In this document: positions 13,596-25,361 of the stretch, piece after piece
Layout: the number at the start of each line of letters is the position of its first letter
How positions within the stretch are numbered: the first letter of the stretch is position 1
Assembly (NCBI GenBank): GCA_905181645.1
Contig: CAJIYN010000001.1
Coordinates: 535,334-599,333, forward strand
Source of the DNA: an uncultured SAR86 cluster bacterium
GTDB lineage: Bacteria > Pseudomonadota > Gammaproteobacteria > Magnimaribacterales > D2472
Direction: 5' to 3'
Length of the DNA: 64,000 nt
The notes under the pieces: generated by a model
Seen by the model: the letters and a program-made list of their open reading frames with translations, nothing else
Database searches by the model: none
Told to the model about the DNA's origin: nothing
Translations under genes and position numbers: made by a program

Positions 13596-14169
13596 ATGCA
13601 TCTTGATAATTGGGGATTAAAAGCAAAAAAGCTTGGCTACAGATCTAGAGCTGTTTTTAAATTAGAAGAAATCATCGATAAAACAAAAGCCTTAAGAGGC
13701 TGTAAAAATGTTTTAGATATTGGCTCAACTCCAGGTGGATGGTCGCAACTGGTTAAGCATAAATTAAATCAAGTAAATATCCATGCTCTTGACATATTAG
13801 ACATGGAGCCAATTGATGGAGTTAATTTTCATAAAATTAGAGTTGAAGATATAGACAGTGTTCATGAAATTTTTGAACCAAAAAATAAATTTGATCTTGT
13901 TATTTCAGATTTAGCCCCCAATTTAACAGGTATAAGTGTTTATTGATGAAGCAAATATTTATGAGCTAAATGACATTACTTTAGATGTTGCTGTAGAATA
14001 TTTAGATAAGTCAAAGGGTGTTTTCATAATTAAGACGTTTCAAAATAATATGCTTAAGAAGTTGAGAACTAAAATGAAGGGTTTATTTGATGATGTGCAA
14101 ACTTTTAAGCCAGCTGCTTCAAAAAAGCAATCTGGTGAAATATATTTATATGGAGCTTTTAAAGAATGA
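13596..14169 (+). CDS. rlmE: 23S rRNA Um2552 methyltransferase
   Basis: GYRSRAVFKL, DIGSTPGGW, ISDLAPNLTG, KPAAS...S.E.Y. Confidence 0.95.
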
Positions 14170-16074
14170 ATAGTAATTTTCTAAGAAATATAATGGTTTG
14201 GGTCATACTCGGATCACTATTAATGTATGTTTTTAATAATATAGAATCTGCAAGTGTAAGAGAGCAGATAAGTTATTCACAATTCAGGCAGGAAGTTCTT
14301 TCTGATAGAGTTGCCAAGGTTGTTTACAAAGGCGATCAGATGACGATTATTGGCGATAGATTGGACGGATCAAAATTTGAAACCAACTACCCAATCTTTA
14401 AACGAGATGATTCCTTAGATAAAGCTATACAAGAAAATGGAATTATTGCAGTTTATGAAAAAATCGAACAACCATCTATATGGGCTCAGCTTCTTGTTGG
14501 CGCATTCCCTATCTTATTATTATTAGGAATCTTCTTTTTCTTTATGAGACAAATGCAGGGTGGTATGTCAGGAAAAGGTGGCCCAATGTCTTTTGGTAAA
14601 AGCAAAATTATTCAATCAAAATACGGACGTTAAAACAAGCTTTAAAGATGTTGCTGGATGTGAAGAGGCTAAACAAGATGTTCAGGAATTAGTCGATTTT
14701 TTAAGAGACCCTACAAAATTTCAAAAACTCGGTGGAAAAATTCCCAGAGGTGTTCTTATGGTAGGGCCTCCAGGTACAGGTAAAACTTTACTTGCAAGAG
14801 CGGTTGCAGGTGAAGCTAAAGTTCCTTTCTTTACTATATCTGGATCAGATTTTGTTGAAATGTTTGTTGGAGTTGGTGCTTCAAGAGTAAGAGATATGTT
14901 TGAGCAAGCTAAAAAGCAATCTCCATGTATTATTTTTATTGATGAAATTGATGCAGTAGGAAGAAGCAGGGGAGCTGGAATGGGCGGAGGCAATGACGAA
15001 AGAGAGCAAACTTTAAATCAACTTTTAGTAGAAATGGATGGATTTGAAACTAATGATGGAGTTATTGTTATTGCTGCAACAAACAGACCAGATGTTTTAG
15101 ATCCTGCTTTATTAAGACCTGGAAGGTTTGATAGACAGGTTGTAGTTGATCTCCCAGATATTCGAGGAAGAGAGCAAATATTAAAAGTTCATATGAGAAA
15201 AGTGCCCTTAGATTCTGATGTAGATGCATCAGTCATAGCAAGAGGAACTCCAGGTTTTTCAGGTGCTGATCTAGCAAATTTAATTAATGAAGCTGCATTA
15301 TTTGCTGCCCGATATGGTGATAAAAAAGTTAATCAATCTGATTTTGATAAAGCTAAAGATAAAATCATGATGGGTGCAGAGCGCAAATCTATGGTCATGC
15401 AGTGAAGAGCAAAAAAGAGTAACTGCCTATCATGAAGCAGGGCATGCATATAGGTAGCATGATGCCAGAGCATGATCCTGTATATAAAGTAACGATTATT
15501 CCTCGTGGTCGAGCTTTAGGCGTGACCATGTTCTTGCCTGAGGAAGATACTTATATGCAAAGTAAAGAATATCTTTTAGGACGAATAGCAACTTATACGG
15601 GTAAGAAAATCACATTCGATCAGGCGCAAAGATGGTGTGACTACGGGAGCATCCAATGACATACAGCGCGCCACGCAATTAGCACGAAACATGGTGACTA
15701 AATGGGGTCTCTCCGAAAAACTTGGACCGTTAAAGTTTGGTGAAGATGAAGGAAGTCCATTTTTAGGACGTTCAGCTGGCTCACCAGCTACCTTTAGAAG
15801 TGACGAAACTTCAAAAATAATTGATTCGGAAGTAAAGATGATTATTGATACTTGTTATTCAAGATCTCAAAAAATGTTAAATGATAATATAGATAAGTTG
15901 CACGAAATGGCTTCAGCATTATTAATGTTTGAAACTATTAATGCGGATCAAATCGATGACATTATGGCTGGCGCTAAACCAAGAGCACCAAAAGATTGGA
16001 CTGATGATAATGATTCTATCAATAAGACTAAAGCACCAAAAACATCAATCAAAGGCCCTGCAGAAGAGCTATAA
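14166..16074 (+). CDS. ftsH: ATP-dependent zinc metalloprotease FtsH, fragmented
   Basis: Two TM helices, [18 protein letters not shown] region RPGRFDR, AYHEAGH, TTGASND. Confidence 0.97.
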
Positions 16075-16083
16075 TTCCTCATT

Positions 16084-17385
16084 ATGGATTTAAAATTTGG
16101 AACCGATGGAATAAGAGGACCTGTTCAAACAGAGATCACACCTGAGGTTTGTCTTAAAATTGGTCATGCAGCAGGGATTGTTCTAAAAGCAGAAGGCTTA
16201 GATACAGTTATGATAGGTAAAGATACCCGTGTATCAGGCTACATGTTTGAATCCGCATTGGAATCAGGGCTGATTGCTGCTGGTGTTAAATGTGAGACTG
16301 CTTGGACCTATCCCCACCCCTGGGGTTGCCTACCTTACAAAAACTTTTAGAAAACAATTTGGTCTGGTAATTAGCGCATCCCATAATAATTTTTTAGACA
16401 ATGGTAATAAAGTTAAAATTCTATATTTTTTAGGCTGCTCTCTTGATTGAATTAAAAATAGAAAAATAAACAAAGTTAATACTAATAACCATAATAATAA
16501 GCTTCCTTCATGGTTTCCCCAAGTTCCTGAGATTTTATAGAATCTACAGTTCCCGCAGACGTATCCTTTAATAACTTAAGAATAGTCGTTGATTGTGCAA
16601 ACGGCGCTTGCTACAAAGTAAGCCCCGCAGTTTTTAGAGAACTTGGAGCAGAAGTTATTCCTTTTGGAGTTGATCCTGATGGATTTAATATTAATCATGA
16701 ATGCGGCTCTACTCATCCTGAACTTGCTCAGGAGATGGTTTTAAAGCATAGAGCTGACTTTGGAGTAACTCTGGATGGTGATGGGGATAGAGTAATTCTA
16801 ATAGACAAAGAGGGTAGTATTTTAGATGGCGATGACCTTCTATATATTCTAGCTTTTGCTAACCCTAATAGGACTGGTTCTTGGTCGGGTGTAGTTGGAA
16901 CCTTAATGTCAAATTTTGGCTTAGAGAAAGCAATCCAGAAGTTAGGATATAAATTTGTGAGAGCGGATGTTGGCGATAAGTATGTTAGTAAGATGCTAGC
17001 TGAAAAGGGTTGGATGCTTGGAGGTGAAAGTTCAGGTCATATTATCTGTAGAGATCTAGTTAGCACTGGTGATGGCACAATTGCTGCGTTAAAGGTAATA
17101 AGCTCTTTATTAATGTTAGAAAAAGATCCAAAAGAAGTCTTGATAAATTATACAAAATTTCCACAAATTAATATTAATATACCTGTAAAAAATAAAGATA
17201 TTATTAATGATTCAGAAATAACATCATTTATAAAAGAAATAGAAGCAGATATAACGGTAGGAAGAGTCTTAGTGAGACCATCTGGAACGGAAAGCCTCAT
17301 AAGAGTTATGGTTGAGGCTTCTGAAGAAAGCGTAGCCTCTAAATTTGCTAAAGATATTGCAAAACTAGTTTCATCTAAATCATAG
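16084..17385 (+). CDS. glmM: Phosphoglucosamine mutase (internal foreign patch)
   Basis: [41 protein letters not shown]. Confidence 0.95.
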
Positions 17386-17388
17386 AAT

Positions 17389-18138
17389 ATGAGTATTTCA
17401 ATTATTGGAAATTGGAAATCAAATGGCTCCCTTGATTTAAATAAAGTCTGGGTTAAAGACTTTCTAAATTCTATTAATAGTTCAGCAATTCAAGACACAG
17501 CAGTTTGCCCACCTTTTATTTATTTAGAGCAAATGATTGATCTAACCTCGGATATAGATTTAAGTATAGGATCTCAGGATATAGATTCTTCAAATGGGGC
17601 AAGAACAGGCTCTATATCAGTGGATGCATGTAAAGATATTGGATGTACTATTTCTATTATTGGGCATTCTGAAAGAAGAGCGTTATTTCATGAAAGCAAT
17701 CTTGAAATAAGAGATAAATTAATAGCAGCTCATGCAAATAATATGCAAGTTATTTTATGTATTGGAGAGACGAAAGAACATCATCTATCAGGCACCACTA
17801 ATGATTTTTTACAAAATCAGATAACTGAATCATTAGCTAATTTAGAGCTTTCAGATAGATTTATGATTGCATATGAGCCGGTTTGGGCAATTGGAACTGG
17901 CGATACTCCTCAAAGCAGTGAAATAAATGCCACTCATAAATTTATAAAAGATATAGTACAATCGACATCTAAAAATAACTTCACTCCAAATGTTTTATAT
18001 GGAGGAAGCGTTACAAGCAAGAATGCAGAAGTTTTATTTAAAGAACAATATATTGATGGAGCTCTTATTGGAGGAGCTTCACTAAATGGAAAAGAGTTTG
18101 CTGAGATTGCAAACATACATAAAAATAGAGGATTATAA
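17389..18138 (+). CDS. tpiA: Triosephosphate isomerase
   Basis: GNWK, GHSERR, AYEPVWAIGTG, YGGSV, LIGGASL. Confidence 0.97.
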   Translation: MSISIIGNWKSNGSLDLNKVWVKDFLNSINSSAIQDTAVCPPFIYLEQMIDLTSDIDLSIGSQDIDSSNGARTGSISVDACKDIGCTISIIGHSERRALFHESNLEIRDKLIAAHANNMQVILCIGETKEHHLSGTTNDFLQNQITESLANLELSDRFMIAYEPVWAIGTGDTPQSSEINATHKFIKDIVQSTSKNNFTPNVLYGGSVTSKNAEVLFKEQYIDGALIGGASLNGKEFAEIANIHKNRGL

Positions 18139-18140
18139 GC

Positions 18141-18458
18141 ATGGTAACTTTTATAACTGTTGTAAGTATTTTATTAGCAGTCGCAATTATAATACTTGTG
18201 ATGCTTCAGCAAGGGAAGGGTTCAGATATGGGTGCTGCCTTTGGAGGCGGATCTTCTAATTCAGTTTTTGGTGCAACCGGACCCGCTGGGTTTCTTGGAA
18301 AACTTACTTACACTTTAGTAGCAGTATGGATGATCTTAGTGCTTTCATTAGCATTTATATTAAAGTCGCAGAATACTGAAGAAACTTTTGACATAGACAT
18401 AGCTCCTGAAGAAAATTTAATTGACGAAGTTCAAGAAAACGAAATTCCAACCAGCTAA
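18141..18458 (+). CDS. secG: Preprotein translocase subunit SecG
   Basis: LQQGKGSDMGAAFGGGSS.SVFG between two TM helices; follows tpiA. Confidence 0.96.
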   Translation: MVTFITVVSILLAVAIIILVMLQQGKGSDMGAAFGGGSSNSVFGATGPAGFLGKLTYTLVAVWMILVLSLAFILKSQNTEETFDIDIAPEENLIDEVQENEIPTS

Positions 18459-18472
18459 TAAACCAAACTACA

Positions 18473-19584
18473 TTAGTTTACAGACGAAATTTCTATTTTC
18501 TCTGTTCCAATTGGCAATACTAACATAGTGCCATCATGAGAAGCAGTCCAATTCTCCATGATTTCATCTACCCCTCTATACATAATATCTTCCATTAACT
18601 GATTTCTTGGCGCTGGAAGATGATGATAGAAAACTAAGTGTTTTACATTGGCCTCATTCGCAGCTTTAACGACTTCAACAATAGGGGTGTGATAGTCAAG
18701 AATATCGATAGTTACAATATCAGCCACAACATTACCCGATTTTTTAGCCTGTTTATTAATAATATCTAGAAGCTCAAGTGACATAGATTCATGAAATAAA
18801 ACGTCAACATTTTTAGAATTATTTACTAGGTTTTGATCATAGATTGTATCCCCGCTAATACTTATAGATCTCCCTTTATAATCAATTCTATATCCTAATG
18901 CAGGATCAACAGGGTCATGAGAAACACTATAGGCAGTAATTTTTAGATTGCCATCATTAACTAGAATTGGGTTTTCTAAATCAATAGTGTGGGTATCAAA
19001 ACCAACTACATCTAAGGGAGCTAGTTCATCTCCATGATGCTCATTTCTAAAAATATAGTCTTTTGTATATGCCAACTCTGTTCCATCAGTGAGCATCTGA
19101 ACTCCTTCGGGACCATAAACTTTTAGTTTAGAATCTCTTTGTCCACCAATTAATCCATGTACCCTGATGAAAATCAGCTATATCTGAAATATGGTCAGAA
19201 TGAAGGTGAGTATAAAATATTCCTTTAACCTTATTCCATGGCGTATTCCAATCGTTCAAGTTCTGCGCACTACCATTTCCTGTATCAAATATAAATATCT
19301 TGTCTCCAGCTTGAACTAATATGCATGCTTCAGCTCTATTTGGATCATTGATAGGTGACCTTGAACCGCAAACAACGGCTGTTAAGGCATCTTCTTCAGG
19401 CAAATACGGGGCAGGTATGGCAATCTTTTCGATAGCTATTTCTAGTAATTTATCTTGAAATGCTGGTTGTCTTATAAGTATTGAGTAAATTAAAAACAAT
19501 TAATACAACTAATATGCAGTGCAAAAAACAAAAGAAAGACACAGCAGCGCCAGCAGAATTTAATATAATTGAAAACTTACCCAT
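18473..19584 (-). CDS. Metallo-beta-lactamase-fold hydrolase, RNase Z/AtsA-like, membrane-anchored; frameshifted
   Basis: CGSRSP, FDTG, THLHSDH (HxHxDH), VSH.PV.PA.GYR, SGDT, LFHE, YH. Confidence 0.85.
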
Positions 19585-19621
19585 TGTTATATTATAACAT
19601 AACAATGTATGACAACTTAAA

Positions 19622-19708
19622 TGGTGCCGAAAGCGGGACTTGAACCCGCACGAGCTTTCGCTCACTAACCCCTCAAGCTAGCGTGTCTACCAATTCCACC
19701 ACTTCGGC
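19622..19708 (-). tRNA. tRNA-Leu(GAG)
   Basis: Reverse complement GCCGAAGTGGTGGAATTGGTAGACACGCTAGCTT-GAG-GGGTTAG...GTTCAAGTC...CGGCACCA; long variable arm, encoded CCA. Confidence 0.95.
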
Positions 19709-19765
19709 TAAAGAGTTGGATTATAAACAAGTTATTTTTTTGAGTCTAAAAAAGTTTTAATTAAC

Positions 19766-19795
19766 TTGACCTAAGTACCCTGATTTCATTACACT
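19766..19795 (+). promoter_or_regulatory. Sigma-70 promoter of the tRNA-fMet-rimP-nusA-infB operon
   Basis: TTGACC-18 nt-TACACT just upstream of the tRNA. Confidence 0.55.
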
Positions 19796-19810
19796 TCACC
19801 TTCGCTGCGT

Positions 19811-19887
<77 letters not shown>

Positions 19888-19906
19888 CGTAATATATTTT
19901 TTTTGT

Positions 19907-19926
19907 GGGGCATATGCCCCTTTTTT
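19907..19926 (+). terminator. Intrinsic terminator/attenuator between tRNA-fMet and rimP
   Basis: GGGGC-ATAT-GCCCC followed by TTTTTT. Confidence 0.7.
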
Positions 19927-19938
19927 GTGTAAAAAAAA

Positions 19939-20421
19939 ATGAATAGAGAAGACATTATAGAAATTGTAAAACCTGTTATTGAAGACAGAGATTGCTTTCT
20001 ATGGGGTGTTGAAATACTGAGAGGAAAAAGAAGACCTACTGTCAGAATCTATATTGAATCTGATAAAGGCGCTAATATAGATGACTGTGAGAATATTTCT
20101 AAAGATCTAAATTACGAATTAGCTTTAGAGGAATCCTTTGTAGAAGATTATATTTTAGAGGTTTCTACTGGTGTAGATAGAAAGATATTTTATATTGAGC
20201 AACTTGATGAATTTTTGGGAGAAAATTTCAAAGTTAAATTAAGACAAGCTCAAGATAATATTAAGAATTTTGAAGGCTTTATTAGTGATCATAGTGAAGA
20301 AAATTTTACTATAGATTGCAAAAGCGGAAGCCATGTTATTAGGTTTTCAGACACTGAATTATGTCGTCTGAATCCAAGTTTTGATGATATTTTAAGGATG
20401 GGTGAAAATTATGGAAGGTAA
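19939..20421 (+). CDS. rimP: Ribosome maturation factor RimP
   Basis: LWGVE, VRIYI, IDDCENIS, YILEVS.G.DR. Confidence 0.93.
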   Translation: MNREDIIEIVKPVIEDRDCFLWGVEILRGKRRPTVRIYIESDKGANIDDCENISKDLNYELALEESFVEDYILEVSTGVDRKIFYIEQLDEFLGENFKVKLRQAQDNIKNFEGFISDHSEENFTIDCKSGSHVIRFSDTELCRLNPSFDDILRMGENYGR

Positions 20422-21852
20422 TGAAATTTTAGCAGTAGTAGACTCTGTATCTAATGAGAAAGGCTTAGATAAAGACTCAATATTTGAAGCAATTGAGCTT
20501 GCTATTGCATCGGCGTCTCAAAGGCATTTTCATGAAGATGCTGAGCTTTATGTAAAAATAGATAGAGTCTCAGGCGAATATAGTACTTTTAGGAATTGGA
20601 TTGTTGCTGAAGAAGACGACCCAGAATTTCATATTGAAACTCATGTCAAAACTTCTGATTCTGAGTTAGAGCTCAACGAGATATACACAAAAGATATTGA
20701 TAATGTAACTTTTGGAAGAATTGAAACTCAGGCAGCAAGACAAGTAATGCTTCAAAAAGTTCGAGAAGCTGAAAGAGAAAAAGTTGTATCTCAATTTAAA
20801 AGTCAAAATAATCAGTTAGTTAATGGAACTGTTAAAAGAGTAACAAGAGACAATATAATTGTAGACATATTGCCTATGATGCTGAAGCTATTCTCCCAAG
20901 AGATAGGTTGATGCCAGGTGAGATATATAAAATTAACGATAGAATAAGAGCCATACTTCAAATTCAAGAAGTTGAAGGTAGGGGTCCTCAGTTAATGCTA
21001 AACAGATCGTGTCCTGAGATGGTAACAGAATTATTTGGCATTGAAGTTCCTGAAATTAATGAAGATATTATTGAAATAAGAGGTGTTGCTAGAGATGCGG
21101 GATCTAGATCAAAAATAGCAGTAAAAACAAATGATGGTCGTATTGATCCGGTTGGAGCATGTGTCGGAATGAGAGGTTCTAGAGTTCAAGCTGTAGTAAA
21201 TGAGATTACTGATGAGCGTATTGATATTATTATTTATGATGATAATCCAGCACAACTTGTTATAAACGCCTTAGTTCCTGCAAAAGTTGAGTCTATTGTT
21301 ATGGACGAATCTGCAAGATCAATGGATATTGCAGTAAATCAAGACAATCTTGCATTAGCAATAGGATCTAGAGGCCAGAATATTCGCCTTGCATCCAAAT
21401 TAGTTGGATGGGATCTAAATATTATCAGCAGTGAAGAAGCGGAAGCTAAAGAGAAAGTTGATCAAACTGAATTTCTTGGAAGTTTAATGGAAAGCCTATC
21501 TGTTGAGGAAGAAATAGCTGAAGGTCTTGTAGCCGCAGGTTTAAATACATTTGATGATATATAATCAAACTCTGAATTGACAGAATCTCGTGTAGAAGAG
21601 ATCAAAGCCGCAGCAGCAGATGCTGCATTAATGGAGGCGATGGGAGAAATATCAGCAGAAGAAGAAGATGCAGAGTCATTAGCTGATCTTGATATTAGTG
21701 AAGAAAATCTTTCTAAATTATCAGCTAAAGCTATTAAAAATAAAGATGATTTAGCTGAACTAGCTGTTGATGAACTTCAGGAGATTATAGTCCTAAAAAT
21801 GAAGATGCATCAGCACTTGTTAATGAAAGCAAGAGAACATTGGTTTAATTAA
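20411..21852 (+). CDS. nusA: Transcription factor NusA, fragmented
   Basis: EILAVVDSVSNEKG, FGRIETQAARQV, ARDAGSRSKIAV, DPVGACVGMRGSR, C-terminal MKAREHWF. Confidence 0.96.
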
Positions 21853-21866
21853 AAGAGGAACTTATT

Positions 21867-24123
21867 TTGGCTTTAACTGTTAAAGATTTCGCAAAGGTTT
21901 TAAAAATATCTGATTCTGCTCTGCTTGAAAGAATGCAAAATGCAGGCTTACAACATAAATCTAGTTCAGATGAAATAGTTACTGGAATATTAATAGCTAT
22001 TGAGATCATTAAAGAATAGAAAATCTCAGACTCCACCCACCTCTCCAGATTCTGGAATTAAGGTTGTCTCCAAAGGTAAAACTATTGCTGAAGGTGATGC
22101 GCCAAAGAGTTACTCAGATAATATTGAGGCAAAAAGAGCTGCTGCATCAGAACAATTAAAAGAGCAGCAGAAAAAACGTGAAGATCAAATTAAAGAAGTA
22201 AGCTAGATTAAAGAAAGAAGAAAGAGAAAAACAGATTGCTGCCAGAAAAGAAGCTCCAGTTCAGCCCAAAGTAAGTGTTAAAGACCAATTATCTCGAGCT
22301 GCTAAAGAATATAGCAGAAAAGAATTAAGAGGTGCTCGAAATACTGATGCTGAACATCAATTTGAAGCGCCAACAAAAGCAAAAGCTAAGACTGTAAAAA
22401 TAATTACACTAGGTCAAGTAGGAGAACTTGCTAAAGCACCAGCAGTTAAGGGAGGCTTAGTTGTTAAAGAGTTAATGAGCTTGGGAGTAGCTGCAACAAT
22501 CAATGATGCAATTGATCAAGAAACAGCAATCTTCTCAGGCTCTGACGAAATCACCGTGGGCGTCTTTGTAACTACTTTTCTTAATGGTAAACAAATGATT
22601 ACTTATTCTGATGAAAAAATAGGGTGCACCGGTCGTAACTGTCATGGGTCATGTTGATCATGGAAAAACTACCTTATTAGACTTTATAAGAGAGTCAAAA
22701 GTTGTTTCTAACGAACATGGTGGCATTACTCAGCACATTGGAGCTTATCAAGTTGATACCTCTAAAGGCCTAATTACTTTTATAGACACTCCTGGACATG
22801 CTGCTTTCTCTTCAATGAGAGCAAGGGGTGCTAATACTACCGATATAGTTATTCTTGTAGTTGCCTGCAAATGATGGAATTATGCCTCAAACCGAAGAAG
22901 CTATAAATCATGCTAAGGCTGCTGGAGTATCAATTGTTGTAGCAATCAATAAAATAGATTTACCTGATACTGATATTGAAAAAGTTAAAGGTGATTTAGC
23001 TGGCAAAGACCTTATTCCTGAAGATTGGGGAGGAACTATTCAGATGGTTCCAGTATCAGCGTTAAAGGGAACTGGAGTAGATAAATTACTTGAAAGTGTC
23101 TCATTAGAAGCTGAATTACTTGAGCTCAAGGCTCATTATGATGGTCCTGCCCAAGGTGTAGTCATAGAATCAGAATTAGATAAATTTAGAGGTTCTGTAG
23201 CAACATTCTTAATACAAAATGGAACCTTAAAAGTTGGAGATTTAGTAGCTTCTGGTAATTCTGTTGGAAAAATAAAAAGCATTATTAACAGTGATGGATC
23301 AAAGATCAAAACAGCTGGGCCATCTGCAGCTATAGAAGTACTTGGTTTAAATAACGTCCCTAATGCTGGAGACCAATTCCAAGTGGTTGATAGTGATAAA
23401 AAAGCTAGAGAAATTGCAGAATTTAGAGTTAATAAAGAAAAAGAAAGAAAACAGCTTAAGCAAAGAGATGGTAGTTTAAATATATTTGAAACAATGGGCC
23501 AAGAGTCCAAAAAAATATTAAATGTAATAGTTAAAACAGATGTGGTTGGAACATCAGAAGCGATTGTTGCAGCTCTTCATGAATTAGGCACAGACTTAGC
23601 TAAAGTAAAAATTGTCTCTAGTGGAGTTGGTGGTATTTCAGAATCAGATGCTAATTTAGCACTTGCGGTTAAGCTGTTGTTCTTGGTTTTAATGTTAGAG
23701 CAGATAATGCAGCTAAAAAAATTATCGAAGAAGAGTCAATTGATTTAACATATCACAGCATTATCTATGAGCTTCTTGATGATATCAAAGCAAAATTAAG
23801 TGGTTTATTAGATCCAATAATAAGAGAAGAGATTGTTGGTACTGCTGAAGTATTAGAGGTATTTAAATCTCCAAAATTTGGTCAAATTGCTGGTTCTATG
23901 GTTCTAGAAGGCTCTGTATTCAGAAATAAACCCGTAAGAGTTTTAAGAGACGAAATTGTAATTTTTGAAGGTGAATTAGATTCACTTCGAAGGTTTAAAG
24001 ATGATATAGCTGAAGTAAAAAATGGAACTGAGTGTGGAATTGGAATTAAAAATTATAAAGATATTAATAAATGGTAGAACAGGAGAAGTTTTTGATAGAA
24101 AAGTAGAGGCTCAGACTCTTTAG
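21867..24123 (+). CDS. infB: Translation initiation factor IF-2, fragmented
   Basis: TTG start [63 protein letters not shown]. Confidence 0.96.
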
Positions 24124-24130
24124 ATAGCTC

Positions 24131-24440
24131 ATGTCATCTATTAGGGCTCAAAAAGTTAGTGATTTTCTTAGAAAAGAAATATCCTTACTAATATCTTCAG
24201 AAATAAATGATCCGCGTCTAAAAAATATAAATATCACTGCTGTTAAGGTTTCTTCTGATATTGGTCAAGCTACAGTTTTTTATACAATTATTGGCCAAAA
24301 TAATGAGACAATACTGTTAACTTCTGAATTACTCAGAAACCAGAAGCAATATGATTTAGCAATCAAAAATTATGAAAAAATTTCAAAAACAGATGGCTTG
24401 TATTTAAGTAGTGAAATTGGACGTGCCGAAACTTTAATTG
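24131..24440 (+). CDS. rbfA: Ribosome-binding factor A (3' half replaced by foreign sequence)
   Basis: RAQKVSDFLRKEIS...DPRL...IT.VKVSSD...A.VFY; position between infB and truB. Confidence 0.85.
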
Positions 24441-25275
24441 CAGCACTTTTTAATAAAAAAAGAGAAAGGCATTTCATCCAATGGTGTTGTTCAAGGAATT
24501 AAACGCAAATTTTCTTTTAATAAAGTTGGTCACTTAGGAACACTAGACCCTATGGCGACTGGTTTGCTTATAGTTGCTATAAATAGAGCAACAAAATTTT
24601 CATCCTATTTCCTTAATGAAATTAAAGCTTATTCTGCAGAAGTTACTCTAGGTTGCACCTCGGATACGGATGATGCTGAGGGCAATATTCTAAATATTGC
24701 TAAAAAAATACCTGATTCAAGCAAAGTTATTTTAGCTTTAAATAGTTTTTTAGGAGAGTCGCTCCAAAAAGCCCCTTTCTACTCTGCCTTGAAACACAAA
24801 GGCAAACCTTTGTATAAGTATGCTCGCGAAGGCGAACTAATAGAAAAACCGCCAAGAGAAATAAAAATTATAGATATAAGTAATATCCACTTTCAAAATC
24901 CATTACTTGAATTTGATATTACGTGCTCTAAAGGAACATATATAAGATCTATAGCTAGAGATATTGGAAACTTGTTGAGTTGTGGCGGACATCTTTCGAA
25001 GTTAGAGCGAATTCAGCAGGGGTGTTTTAAAATTGATGCTGCAAAGTTTATTAAAGATATTCCTATAGAAGAGATGATTTCTATAGAAAATGCTTTTCCT
25101 GAATTAAATCATATTGAATTAAATGAATTAGAAACAAAGGTATATCAAAATGGCGGAAGGAGTTGAATCTATAAAAGGAAATGAAGAAATATTAAAAATA
25201 TATTCTTCCTCCAAGAAATTCATGGGATTAGGAGAGGTTAACGATTCTGGTTTAAAGCTCAAACAGCTTGTTTAA
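24438..25275 (+). CDS. truB: tRNA pseudouridine(55) synthase
   Basis: GHLGTLDPMATG, YSALKHKGKPLYKYAR, CSKGTYIRS. Confidence 0.96.
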
Positions 25276-25307
25276 TCTCTTATTTAGTAATAAGCTACGC
25301 GCTCAGA

Positions 25308-25354
25308 CTTTAGATATACGAGGTTTGATTCCAATTAATACATGTATATCAGGG
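25308..25354 (+). promoter_or_regulatory. Hairpin in the rpsO leader (candidate S15 autoregulatory element)
   Basis: GATATAC 25313-25319 pairs with GTATATC 25344-25350, extendable over the AGGG of the SD. Confidence 0.4.
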
Positions 25355-25361
25355 ATAAAAA

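Noticed and set aside
15395-15420. Alternative genetic code (TGA read-through) as the cause of split ORFs
   Set aside because: Proteins resume in a different frame (e.g. FtsH M-SEEQK), and TGA serves as a normal stop for tpiA-unrelated genes such as map, gatC and petB.
19450-19665. 71-aa ORF starting inside tRNA-Leu
   Set aside because: Its 5' part is the tRNA itself; only the part from ATG 19584 is plausible coding sequence.
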